A stretch of DNA of 64,000 nt from Haliotis rubra. Its lineage: Eukaryota. Position numbers and translations under genes: made by a program. Below the pieces are notes generated by a model, which was given only the letters and a program-made list of their open reading frames with translations, ran no database searches and was not told the DNA's origin. Below are positions 12,401 through 27,400 of this stretch, in pieces. The stretch covers positions 3,038,001-3,102,000 of the forward strand of contig NW_025767002.1 in the NCBI RefSeq assembly GCF_003918875.1, written 5' to 3'. The stretch's first letter is position 1; every line of letters starts with the position of its first letter.

Positions 12401-15400
12401 CTCACATATCTGCCAAGTTTTGCTGAAAGACATTGAGAACGAATCGTTTCCAAGGAAACCAGGAAAAATAAAAATGCCAAAAATCTGTAAATAGCAAAAG
12501 GCACAACTTTAGGATTTTTTGGATATATCTACCAAGTTTTGTTGAAAAAATACTGAACGGTTCTTGAGTTATGCTCCGGAAACGAAGCCCACCCTTCTTT
12601 AAGACTAAGTCCAAAACGTTTCCATGGAAACCGGAAAAAATAAAAATGTCAAAAATCTGTAAATAGCAAAAGGCACAACTTTAGGATCTGTTTGATATAT
12701 CTACCAAGTTTTGTTGAAAAATACTGAACGGTTCTGATTTATACTTGTTCTGAGTTATACAAATATGCCAATTTCCATCTCCATAGTTGGAGAAGACCTA
12801 TGAGTGAGTGAGTGACTTGGTATAGGGAATTAAAGTGAGTGAGTGAGTGAGTTTATTCTTACGCCACTTTTACCAATATTCCAGCAATATCACGATGGGG
12901 GACACCAGAATGGGCTTTACATGGTGTACCCATGTGGGGAATCAAACCAGCAGGTCTTCGGGGAGGAGTTAAAGTGAGCGAATGCGATTTTACACCACTT
13001 GTAGCAATATTCAAGCAATACCACAGAGGGGACACCAGAATTTGGCTTCACAACCTGCTCACATTCTGTGGTGAATGTAACCTGGCATAGCAAGCAAAGG
13101 TTTTAAACATGAGGCTTCTTTCTATATGACCTGTTTCAAACAGTTATACACCATTTCATTTTTCAGTTTGTTCTTAAATGGAGGAAAGAGCCATGTCCTG
13201 GTCATTAAGAGTGAAACCCATCAGAAAGGAAATAATGCTGACAAGACCACTGACAACTGTGAAAGCGAATAAAACACAACCCACATCCCAACTAGGATGG
13301 AGACAGCATCTTCACCACTAAGCTGCTTCTCAATACACTACAAAGCCATGAGACCAAGGTCAACACCTGCATTTCACGAGGTCTTATAAAGACCTATATT
13401 CTCATGAAAAAGGCAACTGTTGTATCAAAACTGGACACATTATCATACTAATGGAAATATGCTAAAATGGGTTTATTGACACTTAAAACTCCTTGGCAGA
13501 CATTAAGTCGATGCTTTTCTTCTCCTGACAAGATTTCCTTTCTACTGGAGGTAGCGAGGTGTTCACAGTGTTCCGTTCTCCGGTAATTACGGTTTTTTTT
13601 TACCGATAAAAATTGTGAAGATCCGGTATTTTCAACTGCCGTCGGTAGCTGCCGCCGGGTAAATTTTGTATTGCTTAAAGTTGCCATTTATCGGCAGATT
13701 TAATAAACTTGCAGATAACATCTTTGTTTATTCTTTGTTCTCTTCAGATCATTATGCAAGCGTATATTGAAAACTAGGGTGGCAATCCCACATCTAAATA
13801 TAGACTATATAGTTTTTCACAGTTGTAGAAGCGATTTTATTGGATAAAGATTGGTTTCTAATGGCTTTTAAGCCACAGTCTGCTATAAAGGGTCGTAATT
13901 GGTCAAAATCTGACCGTGACCTAAAGCAGCCAATCATATTACGGCAATGGATTCCGTCCTCGTAAACCAAAACTTTTAGATTTAGACAGAAGTTTTGGGT
14001 AAAATAATGCTATTCTGAACATATTAAGGAAGAAATCTCTACCTATACGTAAATTATGGAACTTTTTGGACGTATCGTGCTAGGTTATGACCTGTGACAA
14101 ATATGCTTCATGTATATATTTTAGCATTAAACATCGTGTCGGCGTGAAGATTGGCGTGAGCCGAGATGTCAGTTGTCAGTGACTTGACTTACATTACATG
14201 ATCGCACAAAACATGGAAAATAGTAATTTTATATGTACAACTTTTATGAATGTTGTTGATTTTATTCATTAGTTTATTCAATTTATTTAATGAATTCCTC
14301 GAAACATGGTTACTTTGCTCTTTGACAATGTTATTGTGGACCAGCTGCGAAGCATGTGTCGAGAATCGTTGTTTTCAACTTCGTGAAATGCAGGTTGAAA
14401 TTCACCACAGGTATATAAACACTAATTATTTGCACATTTCACAGTCATTTAGATGGCGAATGACATTCTGAACACATTTATCGAATTTAGTTGGACGCTT
14501 TCATTTCCTGATTGTGACAAAATCACGAGACGACGGCTATATATGCCAAATGGCGAATACTTTTGTCAGGTCTAATGAGCATTCTCGAAAAACAAGCAGC
14601 TTCAAATGCGGCAGACTTTTCAACACATTTTACGTTACAGTATATCGTTGCGATTACTGATTAATTTGTCTCTCGGATAAAAACTAGTTCAGCGAGAATT
14701 TTTCAGACCCGTCGGCATAAGCCGCCCGGTAATTTTCAAAACCACGGGAACAAGATTCAGATGCTGCGATTCATTGGGGACATGTCTTGCTGTCTTTATC
14801 ATTTCTGTCCCTCTTTCCTGGCAGATTCGGATGCTGCGATTCATTGGGGACATGTCTTGCTGTCTTTATCATTTCTGTCCCTCTTTCCTGGCAGATTCGG
14901 ATGCTGCGATTCACTGGGGACATGTCTTGCTCTCTTTATCATTTCTGTCCCTCTTTCCTGGCAGATCCAGATGTCTTCAGGTTAACGAGTTGTGTCAAAC
15001 ACAGCTCTTTCCGCACATCACCACAAATTGTCTAGTTGTATAGGTATGATTTAATTTGAGCATTGAGTAAGTTTTTACACAGCTTTTAGCAACTTTTTAA
15101 GCAATATTCCAGCAATATCACGGCAGGGGACACCAGAAATGGGCTTCACACAATTTAACCATGTGAGGAATCATGCTCAGGTCTTCGGAAAAAACGAGCA
15201 AATGCTTTAATCACTTGGCTACCCCCACGGCCTCTTTTGAGAACTGAAACTTGTCACCATGCTACAGCCGCTGTTCTGATCAAATCTGGCTGGCTGAGTA
15301 TGGTTTTACGCCGTTTTTAGCAATATTCCAGCAATATCACGGTGGGGACACCAGAAATGGGCTTCACAAGTTGTACCCATGTGGGGAATCGAACCCAGGC

Positions 15401-18400
15401 CTTCGGCGTGACGAGCGAACGCTTTAACCACTAGGCTCCCCCACCGCCCCTGATCAAATCTGGATGTTTTACACAAATTGCACATTTTAATATACCTTCC
15501 CTGGGTAATTCCCAAGTGTGAACAAAGCTAGAAGACAAACGCTCCAGGAGGAATCTCAGAGAGGAAAGAATATCAGGGGTAAGTCTTCCCTGAGGAATTC
15601 CTGTGAGGGAAGAATATTATTATGACACATCCCTATGGCCTTATCTCCTCAGTACAGGACACACTGTAGATCCCCTTCAGATGGCATCTATACTACAACA
15701 TTTCTACATAAACCAAGAGGTACTCACATTTTTCCATTTTGTCATCTCTTCTGGAAACTTTCCTTTTACAAGTTCTGTTATATCTGAAAACAAAAGGCAG
15801 GAATACATTAAATTAAATTGAGACAATGTATATTCATATTTACACACATGCACATGCGCACACACACACTCTCACACACACACTCTCACACGCACGCGCA
15901 CACATATGTCCATTCCAACAAAGACATATTATTTCCTTGATAGCAATGGAGGAAATGCGAGCTGCTTCATTGTACTGAACAATGTTATGTTTTACCTATA
16001 TATTCATAGGAACTCTCATCCCTGTAACCATGGTAACATTCCCATCCCCAACCCCAATAACGGACAAGTCACATTTGATGAAAAGAGACTATGCCATTGA
16101 TCAATGGACCTAGAGGACCGAGATACAAGAAATATTTATCAAATATAGTGCCATGGTACTGTAGCTCACTAGAATTGGAAGTCAACAGTACAGCATGGCA
16201 ACAAATGCAGCAGTCAGTGTGGATATCCACAGAGAATATGAAACTGGTAACATTATAAAAAACATGAAAGCTTTGTCATGTTTATCAAATTGTATAAATG
16301 TAACATACTTAGTATAATGATTTGATAAATGTATAGATATTAATGAAAAATGTTTCAACAGATTTCAACACAGTCTCTGTCTCTGCTCGTTTGACTTTCA
16401 GTCAGGTGAGCTAAAGAGCACAGCACTTAATAAAAAGTAAAGTTGGGGTTTTATCTTTTTTTTTTAAATAGGATTTAACTTGAGAAAATAGACTCTCAAG
16501 TACTATTTCAGGCTAAGGTTGAGACTAGTTTGCCACAATTGGGTAAAGGATATTCTCTTACTGAACAGGGGGGAAGGGGTAGATTAGTGGTTAAAGCGTT
16601 TTTTGGTCACACCAAAGGCCTGGAATCGATTCTCCACATGGGTACGATGTATGAAGACCATTTCTGGTGTCCCCTGCCGTGATATTGCTGGAATTTTGCT
16701 AAAAGCGGCATAAAAATAAACTCACTCACTCACTCATATTGAAGAAGGGCATCTGCTGCAGATTTATGTGGTATATGAAATATATCAACTCGCAATATAA
16801 ACTTTAAAACAATTCCCACTGGCAAACAGTGGCATATTCCAATCAAGTCTGGATCAAAGTCACAATATGAATTTGACCATTCAGCAGCAAAGAAACCAGC
16901 AAGAGCAGGGTTCTGAAACACTTCCTTGTTGCCCGAGACTTACAGTTACTACACCTAAACATTAGACCTGTTACTATTCACTCGCGTATTCCATGAATCA
17001 AAACGTATCATGAATGCAATTTATTATTCAGTGTCACAGGAACTGAATATTTATGAATATGTTTAAGATTGTGTTTTTACTTTGAACCAGTGTGCTGTTT
17101 ATCAAAGGGAGATATGCAAAATGGAATAGATCCAAGCCACACAGTAGTGTACCTTATCTCATTTTGAGGTCGGCCCTAACGGCACTGTCGTTAGGCTACA
17201 AGCAGCACTCTTCACGATGTATTGCTTTTTGTTTTATAGAAAATCACATTTGATCTTAAGCAATTCAATGACAGCTTTGTTATCTTAATTCCTAGTAATT
17301 AACAAGAAAGTATTCATAAATATATATTCATATTCGTTTCTATATATTTGTGAAACAAATTGTATTCGAATCATAGTGTATTTACTGAGCCCTAGTTGAC
17401 ATACCGGTCATAGTGTAACAACACCTATTGTCAGGTCTATGGCTATTGTGAGTGTATCTGTCAATATCATAAAGCCAGTGGGTGCAATACCTAGCCAGCT
17501 TTCAACATCTGGAGCAAAAACAGCCTTTATCAATATCAAGGGTTCGAAGCTGTTGAGTAGATATACTGAAATCTTGTATAAGCTGCTGAACGATTTGTAA
17601 AAGTCAATATATGTATCTACCAAGCAGCACAGACTGCATTTACTTAAGGAACACAACACTCACTCTTACGACATGACATTCAAATTATTAACTAAATTTG
17701 GGACATTACTGACTGAGTTTGGTTTTTACGCAATATTCCAGCAACATCATGGCGGGGGACACCAGAAATGGGCTTCACACATTGTGCCCATGTGGGGATT
17801 CGAACCCGGGTCTTCGGCGTGACGAGCCAACGCTTTAACCATTAGGCTGCCCGACCGCCCCTTTGGGACATTAAACCTTACAGTGCATTATATGAGTGAG
17901 TGAGTGAGTTGGGTTTTATGTCAGTTTAACAATATTCCAGCAATATCACGGTGAGGGACACCAGAAATGGGCATCACACATTGTACCTATGTGGGGAATT
18001 GAACCCAGGTCTTCGGCATGACAAGCAAATGCTTTAACCACTGGGCTACCCCAAGCCCCTGTGCATTAGATGAGGTAATCCATGGATATACATGGGAATT
18101 TACACCAGTGCTTTGTAATTCACTGATAACTAGGAAAAGGAAAGAAAAAGAAAGAGAGAGAAAAAGATGTTGACACTTTGGCAAGTTCAAGTTTTGGCAA
18201 GCAAAACATATGTTTTGGGATTAAAGGGTGTTATTGCTCATTTGATGCCTCTAATTTATTTTGTAACTGAAAACATATATTAGCAATGTTTTTTCAAATG
18301 GTAAACATCTGCCAAGCTTATACCCATTTATACCTGCAAATCTTAAAAAATGCACAGTTATAGTTAATTTTCCATAGAATTGTCTGTCTACGTCAATGTA

Positions 18401-21400
18401 AACTCTCACAGAGTTGATGCATGTTACTTCGAAATGCTTCAATCATTCAACTGATGATTCCGTATGTTTCCATGACAACTGAACACACCTGGACAGCAGA
18501 TGGCAGAAAAAGACTCCAAATTGAAGTATCTCTGAGATAATGATCAAAATTAATATTTAACCAATGCAGTATCCATGTAGCCAAGCCTTGATACAAATGT
18601 TTTCTTCAAATTATTATCAACCGAAAGAAAGGTTTTCCCAATTTGCCTGCCACAGGCACTTTGACTAAAATCCGAGATAAATGACTGGTGTTGTGTATGA
18701 ATTTATCATTAAGGTTCATAGCTTCACTGTTTGCTCAAATCAGCCTAATAATGTACCCACAAGCCCTAATTATTAACCTGAAATTTTCTTTCATCATCTC
18801 ATTTACATCTTATCTAAACATTCTCCACTTGAGTGGTCACAGAGATTCTGAGGAATTACACAGATCAAGAAGATTGTCACCAAGCCTTGACATTGAATTG
18901 CCTGCCCTGGTACAAAGCAGTAAGACGATCCACCAGTAGTGTTGTGACCGCTCCGTGACACCAGACAGTTTAGTGGAAAGTAGTATTACTGCTGCTATCA
19001 GCTTACTTGTCCTAATACGTAACTGTTATCCTATAGCTACAAATCACCTTACATCAGACATCGAGGAAGTGCTATTGAGGAATTGCATGCCACATGCCGA
19101 GACCATTTCTATCGGAGATCTCCCAAAGACTGTCAGACATTAATACATGTATGCTCGAAATTTATAACACTTAACCATCTACTCATCTACTCAGTAAACG
19201 AGCCCTAATTTGAAGACCATATTGAAAGCAACGTTGAAGACTATGCTGTTGGAGTTAAATGCAGGCCAATCAGCAAACCAAATTTTTTGCCAAACTATAG
19301 ACAAGGTTTCATGTGTCATATAATTCCTGTGTATTTTCTTGCAAATCATAGCTGACACAATATTTCACCATTTCATTATATTCAAGTTTGTATAGAACAA
19401 ACTGATTGCTTAATATGAATAAGTAACAACACACTGTAACAGATTACTACAGATGACAATATCACAAAATATGCCTTCACAATATTTGTTTTACCAGGTA
19501 TTTAGACTGACTGACTGAGTTTGGTTTTACGCCGCTTTTAGCAATATTCCAGCAACATCACGGAGGGGGACACCAGAAATGGGCTTCACACATTGTACCC
19601 ATGTGGGCCGGGTATTTAGAATTAATAACAGAACTATTTTAGTGACAAAATATTTCATGACCCCAAATTTAGAAAGTGACTCCCAAAAAACATTCAATGT
19701 AAGTCACCATGACTCAGAGTTTTCAGTTTATGTAAAAGCCTGTATACACCATATTTTAAGCCATATTGTAGATCATTTTGTAGGCAAATTGGTTGACCAA
19801 TATTGTATTGATAACTGTTGACCAAATTGTTTGGCATTTTGTAGACTATATTATAAATTAGATTATCTTTTTTTAAAGGAAAAACTGTAAACCAAATTGA
19901 ATGTTATGTGTGGTTCACTGTGTCACACGTCGCATTACGAACAGGCAGAATATCTCCAGTCTGGAGTGACAGCTTATTATGTCCATCAGATAGAACTGTC
20001 ATGACAACTATTTTCATATTCAAATGTATATGTCAGTTTTTAAATGCAAGGAGATGAGTTCAACACTTATTAAGCTAATCACAACCTAACTTAACGATAA
20101 CAGCCACCTGTAATTATTTCAGTATGGATCAAGCAAACTTGTGGACTGACTGACTGACTGAGTTTGGTTTTACGCCACTTTTAGCAATATTCCAGCAATA
20201 TCACGGCGGGGGACACCAGATCCAAACTTGTGGAAAATAGTATGATAACCTATCATGCAATGATACCCACCCCACCCAGATCCTGATTAGAATTGATCAT
20301 AACATTGCTTGTCGTAAGAGGCGACTAACAGGATCGGGTGGTCAGGCTCGCTGACTTGGTTGACATGTCATCATACCCCAATTGTGTAGATGGATGCTCA
20401 TGATGTTGATCACTGGATTGTCTGGTCCAGATTATATTTTATTCCGTATTAGTTACAGATTGCCATCACGTAGCTGGAACATTGCTGAGTACGGCGAAAC
20501 ACGCAAGCAGCAACATCACGCACTGGGTCAACCTTTGCAGTGCACCAGAAAATGTCATACTCAAGATACTTAAAACACTTACTCTCTTATTATACAGAAG
20601 CATTTTTTTCATTTTTTAAGAAAACAAATTTGAACAATAACCACACTAAGGTCCATAGATTTGACGTGCCCCTGCTAATTACAAGAAGTAGGATTAAAAG
20701 CGCCTAAAGACATTGAGAAGTACTTGACAAGCACGTCCACTGCTGTCACCATCATGTTACCTAGTTGTCCAACAACTATCATCCTCATCTAACACACCTG
20801 TCTCCGGAGAATACACCTCGACCTATGTTGACCTAACAGCCTTTGTATTGACTGTCAGAAGTCTAACACAATCAGCAGTTGAAGAGAAAACATTACACAA
20901 AATGTCTTGCACGTACAATTCAATAATTCACACTGGCAATCTGATGGGGAAAAAAATGGAAGATTTTTGGCAGGAATTTTATTTTTAAAATGTTATGTTA
21001 TGTAAAAATATATCTTAATCATCTGTGTCAACTGAAATGCAACAAGCTACAACTGATTACTGACTTGTTTATCAATGATCATGATGATCAACCATTCCTT
21101 ATTTGGAAATAAAACTGCATGGAATCACAGCATATTTGTATTTATAAGCTTTATTGAAGTTATAATTTCATAGATTTCTAAAACAGCATTAGCTTCTATT
21201 TTGTTGCTTGTTGTTTAACTCTCCACTCAGCAATATTCCTGATACACGAGAGTGATCTGTACGTAACCAGTGAGGACCAGACAAGCCAGTGATTAACTTC
21301 ATGAGCAACAGTCTAATCAATTGGGATAGTCCATGAGCGCCAACTGATCTAAACAGGTAAATTCCAAAACAAATTGCAAAAGAATATTTAAAACATCTTA

Positions 21401-24400
21401 ACATACACGGATGCTATTGCCTTGCATGACATATGTAAGTCAAAGTATCTCAGGAAGTAACAAAAATGAAAATCTAACACACAGGTGGGTTCATTTTAAA
21501 TTTAATGAAGTTACCTTAGATATATATAATTTGCATTAGAAAAAGAAGCTTCATAAGACGACACACTGAACTCTTACTCATTAACATAATGATGTCATCA
21601 AAAGGCTCTTATTATTGAGCACTTAAACATGAGTCAAGTTTCACTACGGGTACTCAAGACGAAAAATTAGGACCCCTCGAAGCCCTAGTATCATGGTATC
21701 GATGACTTAGCTAAAACATGTAAAATGCCACAATAATTAAAATATTCAAACCACTCCCAAACACACCCCTTGAACTAACTGATTCAGTACTGACTGCAGT
21801 CAAATATATTCAAGATTATATGAATTTCAACCTGACATTTCAATCTGATAAATGTCAAATATCACTTCTGACAAAACGAGAACAGTAACCTTAATTATTT
21901 TGTTCCCTGATGTGTATGAAAGATAAGAGACACAAAGAGATATCATGTCACACAATACAACACACACAACCAGTTACCCCTGGCTTCTGTCACCATTCCT
22001 TATCTACAAACACAATATCATTCCTATTTTAAAGCAAAAATGAAGATGTCTTTCGTGACTGTGGATTACTTGCTTCCTCTGAAAATTTACAAAGAGGAAA
22101 ATAAATGCAAAATAAATTCTTTACAATATTAGAAACAGACACCAGGCATTCAAATATGCTATGATTCTTAGAGATAAAGGGAATGTAAAATGGCATGTAT
22201 GAATTGTGCGTGCAGAGGAAATTTCTGTGGCAAGATTAACTAGTTCCCATGCTTATCTTGGGCAGGTCTCTGTTTGGAAACCATAAATACAGGTTTATTT
22301 ACCCTCTCGGATCATATGGAGGAGATTGATCTCCTTTATAGATTGCAACTTCTAAATACAGTTTATTCTCCCCAAAATCCTCACAGGAATAGGAGACATG
22401 CAAAGCTTTCACACCAAACTGTGAATGTCACCATGACCTTGTGACCTTCACCTTGCACAGTTGCAGCCCCTACCTTATAATGCCATACTTATTTTCAGAT
22501 TAAGTCTAGTCCCCTAAAAGTTGACTTTCCCATTGAGCAATCTAGGCATGCTCCTCAAACATTAGCGTGTTTGTTTAACAAGATGACAAAGATTCTTGGA
22601 AGTGCAGTTCCCATCTGCCCGAAATGGGCTTTCAAAGGAAGCGCCGTCAGCATCTCAACGGCAGCTGTCTACGCTATTTGTGACATCGTCCGTAAGAATT
22701 TGGACATAACCTGACGACTCCACCCAGCATTCATGAGGAAGGACAACAGAGTCTGCATGTTTCTGTTTCTGATGTCCACGAAGAGCGTGTGATACAGTTC
22801 ATCAATTATATGTCATGCACTGCAGGAAACTGAGCAAGTGGTTGACTTCCTATGGTGGGTCTACCACAGAATGTGGCCTGGGAATAGCGGCTCTCCACAA
22901 CAGGAACTTCTTGTTGAAAATGTTGACTAACAGCACCTTTTAATGAAGTTAGGTTGGAGTCAGTTTTTAAGAAACAGTTTACTGTAAACATTTCTCCTTT
23001 TTACACTTTTACAGCCTTGTTATAAACTGTAGGAAACTGGTATAAAGTTTAATAGAATTGTGTAAAACTGTACATCATAGAAACTGTTTAAACAGGATGC
23101 AAATGTATGAAACTTAATACAGCTGGTTAGAACTGTATGACACTGACCATAGCTGGATAGAACTGTATGAAACTAACCATAGCTGGATAGAACTGTATGA
23201 AACTGACCATAGCTGGATAGAACTGTATGAAACTGACCATAGCTGGATAGAACTGTATGACACTGACCATAGCTGGATAGAACTGTATGACACTAACCAT
23301 AGCTGGATAGAACTGTATGACACTGACCATAGCTGTATAGAACTGTATGAAACTGACCATAGCTGGATAGAACTGTATGAAACTGACCATAGCTGGATAG
23401 AACTGTATGAAACTGACCATAGCTGGATAGAACTGTATGAAACTGACCATAGCTGGATAGAACTGTAAGGACACTGACCATAGCTGGATAGAACTGTATG
23501 ACACTGACCATAGCTGGATAGAACTGTATGACACTGACCATAGCTGGATAGAACTGTATGACACTAACCATAGCTGTATAGAACTGTATGACACTGACCA
23601 TAGCTGGATAGAACTGTATGACACTAACCATAGCTGGATAGAACTGTATGACACTGACCATAGCTGTATAGAACTGTATGACACTGACCATAGCTGTATA
23701 GAACTGTATGAAACTGACCATAGCTGGATAAAACTGTATGACACTAACCATAGCTGGATAGAACTGTATGACACTAACCATAGCTGGATAGAACTGTATG
23801 AAACTGACCATAGCTGGATAAAACTGTATGACACTAACCATAGCTGGATAGAACTGTATGACACTAACCATAGCTGGATAGAACTGTGTGACACTGACCA
23901 TAGCTGGATAGAACTGTATGACAGTGTAAATAGCTGCACAGCCTGTATCCTTATTGTATACAATTTTGATAGAAAGCAACAACACTCAAATTGACAAGAG
24001 CTTCCAGTGAGATAGGCCTCCTGAACCTCTTGTCGCTTTAGCCCTACTTTATGTTGGACTACAGCATTACAGTGAAGGCTGGGTGTAATGAATACAGCCT
24101 GCACACTGTGAGACAATAGACTTTTCTGCTATACAATCAGCTGTTCATTACCTAAGGTTCAAAATTAATCAGCAGTGAAGGTGTGGCTTTATAGAGCAAT
24201 CGTTACTGGCCATGATGAGTCACAGCCGTCTTTACCAGGAGATGTCAGTAAGTGTACTGCGAACCTCACCTAACCATGTTATAACAGTTATTATATTATA
24301 CACCCCTACTTATTATAACATTATATACTCCCAAGAGTACCGTCATCCTATCTTCCTCATGGAAATGACGAAAGACATTCCCTTCCTTCCCCGATTCATC

Positions 24401-27400
24401 TGACAACTCAACACTGTGTGGTCATGGTAAATTAGCCTCGTGGTTCAAGATAAGCAAGTGAATAAATGTTGATAGGAATCAGATGTGTAATAATGACTTC
24501 AAACTCTGTAAACCATCGTTTATGTGTGTACTAATACGTGTAATTTACAGTGAATATAGACCAATACCAGTCACATGCTTTAGGGTTATCAAATACTCAA
24601 GTGTGGACAAGTCAGTCTAGTGATTGATATCATGAGCAGTGACCCATGCCATTGGGGTAAAATGACATGCCATTTGGGGCACTCACATCACCTGGGGCGG
24701 CTCATCAATTTGGGGCACTCAGATCACCTGGGGCAGCTCATCAATTTGGGGCACTCACATTAACTGGGGCGGCTCATAAATTTGGGGCACTCACATCATT
24801 TGGGGCGGCTCATCAATTTGGGGCACTCACATCAACTGGGGCGGCCCATCAACTGGGGCAGCTCATCAATTTGGGGCACTCACATCAACTGGGGCACTTC
24901 CTCAACTTGACAACCATACCCACCAATGAGATCAACAACATCAACCCACTCATGTAATACTGACAAATACATCACTGTCTACATTACAACAGGCAGAATT
25001 ACACAATGTGGGCCCACAGCTGCGCACACAACAATGTCATCTGAGATTAAATCAACAGGGTCTTAAAACATTACCAGCGAGGTACTAAATGTCACCTCTC
25101 AAATAACACAATCCAAAGCGTACACTGATACTTTTTCAATGACACAAGAGTTATCTAGGCTTTAAATCAGCCTCAAATCTGCAGTAAATGTCAGAAATGT
25201 TCATAAACTACAATTACAAATTTCCAAGATCATGTTATTACAGTCATATACGAATGTTACAGCATTGTAGACATGGCTGAAATGATGAAGGAGTAACGAT
25301 ATACTCTGAAACGTTGTGTTCCTCATAATAAAGAAGTTGACATCCATTTAAACTCTCTTCCTTATGTGTATCACTTCTAAATGTCATTCAAAGACCTGAT
25401 GGCTGAAATGTATTTCTCTGACAATAGAATCAATGATCTCTTAAAATGATCTCTTTCTTAAGACTTAGTTTTACTTCATTGCAATAAATGCAATGCTATA
25501 CACATTAGAAAAATGAAAATACCTCTCAATTATACAAAATGTGAGGTGAGGTGAGGTGAGGTGAGGTGAGGTGAGGTGAGGTGAGGTGAGGTGAGGTGAG
25601 GTGAAATTGGGTTTTACGTCGTACTTGAGAATATTTCACTCATATGATGACGTGCATGCGTGTGTATGTGTTGCTGCTTGTACTAGCCCAGACTGAAGCT
25701 GGTTTTGTTATAGTGCTGGCCCACTGAGATACCATGCCGCAGTTAAGCATGAATACCCCACTCAGACACATTATACTGACTCCCAGCCGACCAGTCCTTG
25801 TTGTACCCATTAATGCCGAGCGCCAGGCAGGGACAAACAAGTACCATATGTTAACGTCTTTTGGTATGACGCGGTCGGGGATCGAACCCACGACCTTCCG
25901 CTCTCCGGGCGGACACTCTAACCACTACACCACGGAGGCGGTCCATAAATTACAAAGCCCTGTGACAACAGTATTATAAGTGTCTGACCAAAACATTCAA
26001 GGCTGCTGGTTTGAACTTGTCTCTTTCTCAGTTGATTTTATTTAGTATCAGTATAGTTCTACCCTTACTAGAGACCAAATAGAATTTTACTACGCTCAGG
26101 CTTCAGTGTAGTGTCTTAAGTTGCATACTGGAGTGTATGTGAAATAGTGTTTCTTATTGTGTGAGGCATGGGGAACAAAAACTCACCCAGGGAACAAAAA
26201 ACTCACCCCAGGGTCTGCTTAGTTAAATACTCCCAAAGTTTTATTTGAATTTAATTACACATCTTAAAAAACTACCAGGCTCTTTCTTTCAACACAAACA
26301 TATCATTACCCAACCAGGATGTACAAATAGAATTCTGCATCCATCGCGCTACGGCATGCTCTCTTTTTGTTTGTGTGTTTTTCATTTAAAAAATATTTTC
26401 TATTTTTCTTGTACAAAGTAATGCTGCTACAGGAATCCCACCTCCCTTCTTCACTCCTGGCAACATCTTAACACATTTAAACTGTGTTCAGCATGTACAG
26501 GTATTGCATTACAAGCAACGATTTACAACCAGGTAACCCACCACGCCCATTGCCACCTGAATCTATAACGAGACACCTGATCTGGTAAATGGAGGACAAC
26601 AATGGCCTCATTTAGTGACACTGACAGCTACAGCCATTGCTAAATCACTCCAGCCATTGCTACATCACTACAGCCATTGCTAAATCACTCCAGCCATTGC
26701 TACAAAGAAACATTCTTGGCCTGTTCGCCACATTAGGTCTGTGCCACAGTGGGTGATGATAACAGTAGATTCATATGTAAAACAACACACCACCTTTGTG
26801 CCCTGAAAATACACCATACATGATTCTATATAATGTATATCGTATTTCCTCTCATAACTGCCGGCCTTCAATAACTGCCGGCCTTCGATAAATGCCGACC
26901 TTCATTAAGCTATGTAAGCAGTACATAACACTAAAGACATTGATCTCAAATTAAAAAGCTGTGTAACTCTACTATGTGCCACATATATCACACATATTTT
27001 CCCTGAAATAAATAGAAGCTTAGAAACAAAGGGTCTTGTTTTAGCACTTCTGGTTTTTTAGCTGAGCACTATGGTCTTACTGTGCTTTTGTCTGTAAGAG
27101 TGAGTGAGTATGATTTTACGTTGCTTTTAGCAATATTGCACCAATATCATTATCTCTGCAGGGTGACACCAGAAATGGGCTTCACACATTGTTCCCATGT
27201 TGGGAATCAAAGCAGAGGGTCTTCGACGTGACGATTGAAGACTTTAACCACCCCCAAATAATTAGAGATGAATGGATTTGAAAAGTAAACGATACTGATA
27301 ACAAAAATTAAATCACAGCCATTTTGTTCAACTGAAACCCATTCTAAAAGTACACCAAGCTATGTCGTTGTTTTCATAGTAAACCAACTGGTGTAAGGCT

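Noticed and set aside
22500-22910. GC-richer coding-like stretch
   Set aside because: The frames I translated are interrupted by stops and show no recognisable motif. Possibly an old transposon fragment; needs BLASTX.
23114-24116. 329-aa and 230-aa ORFs
   Set aside because: Translations of the 30-bp minisatellite (SYSSIQLWSV / IQFYPAMVSV). No splice or domain support.
24667-24957. 96-aa GAAHQFGALT repeat ORF
   Set aside because: Product of the 36-bp minisatellite. No exon signals.
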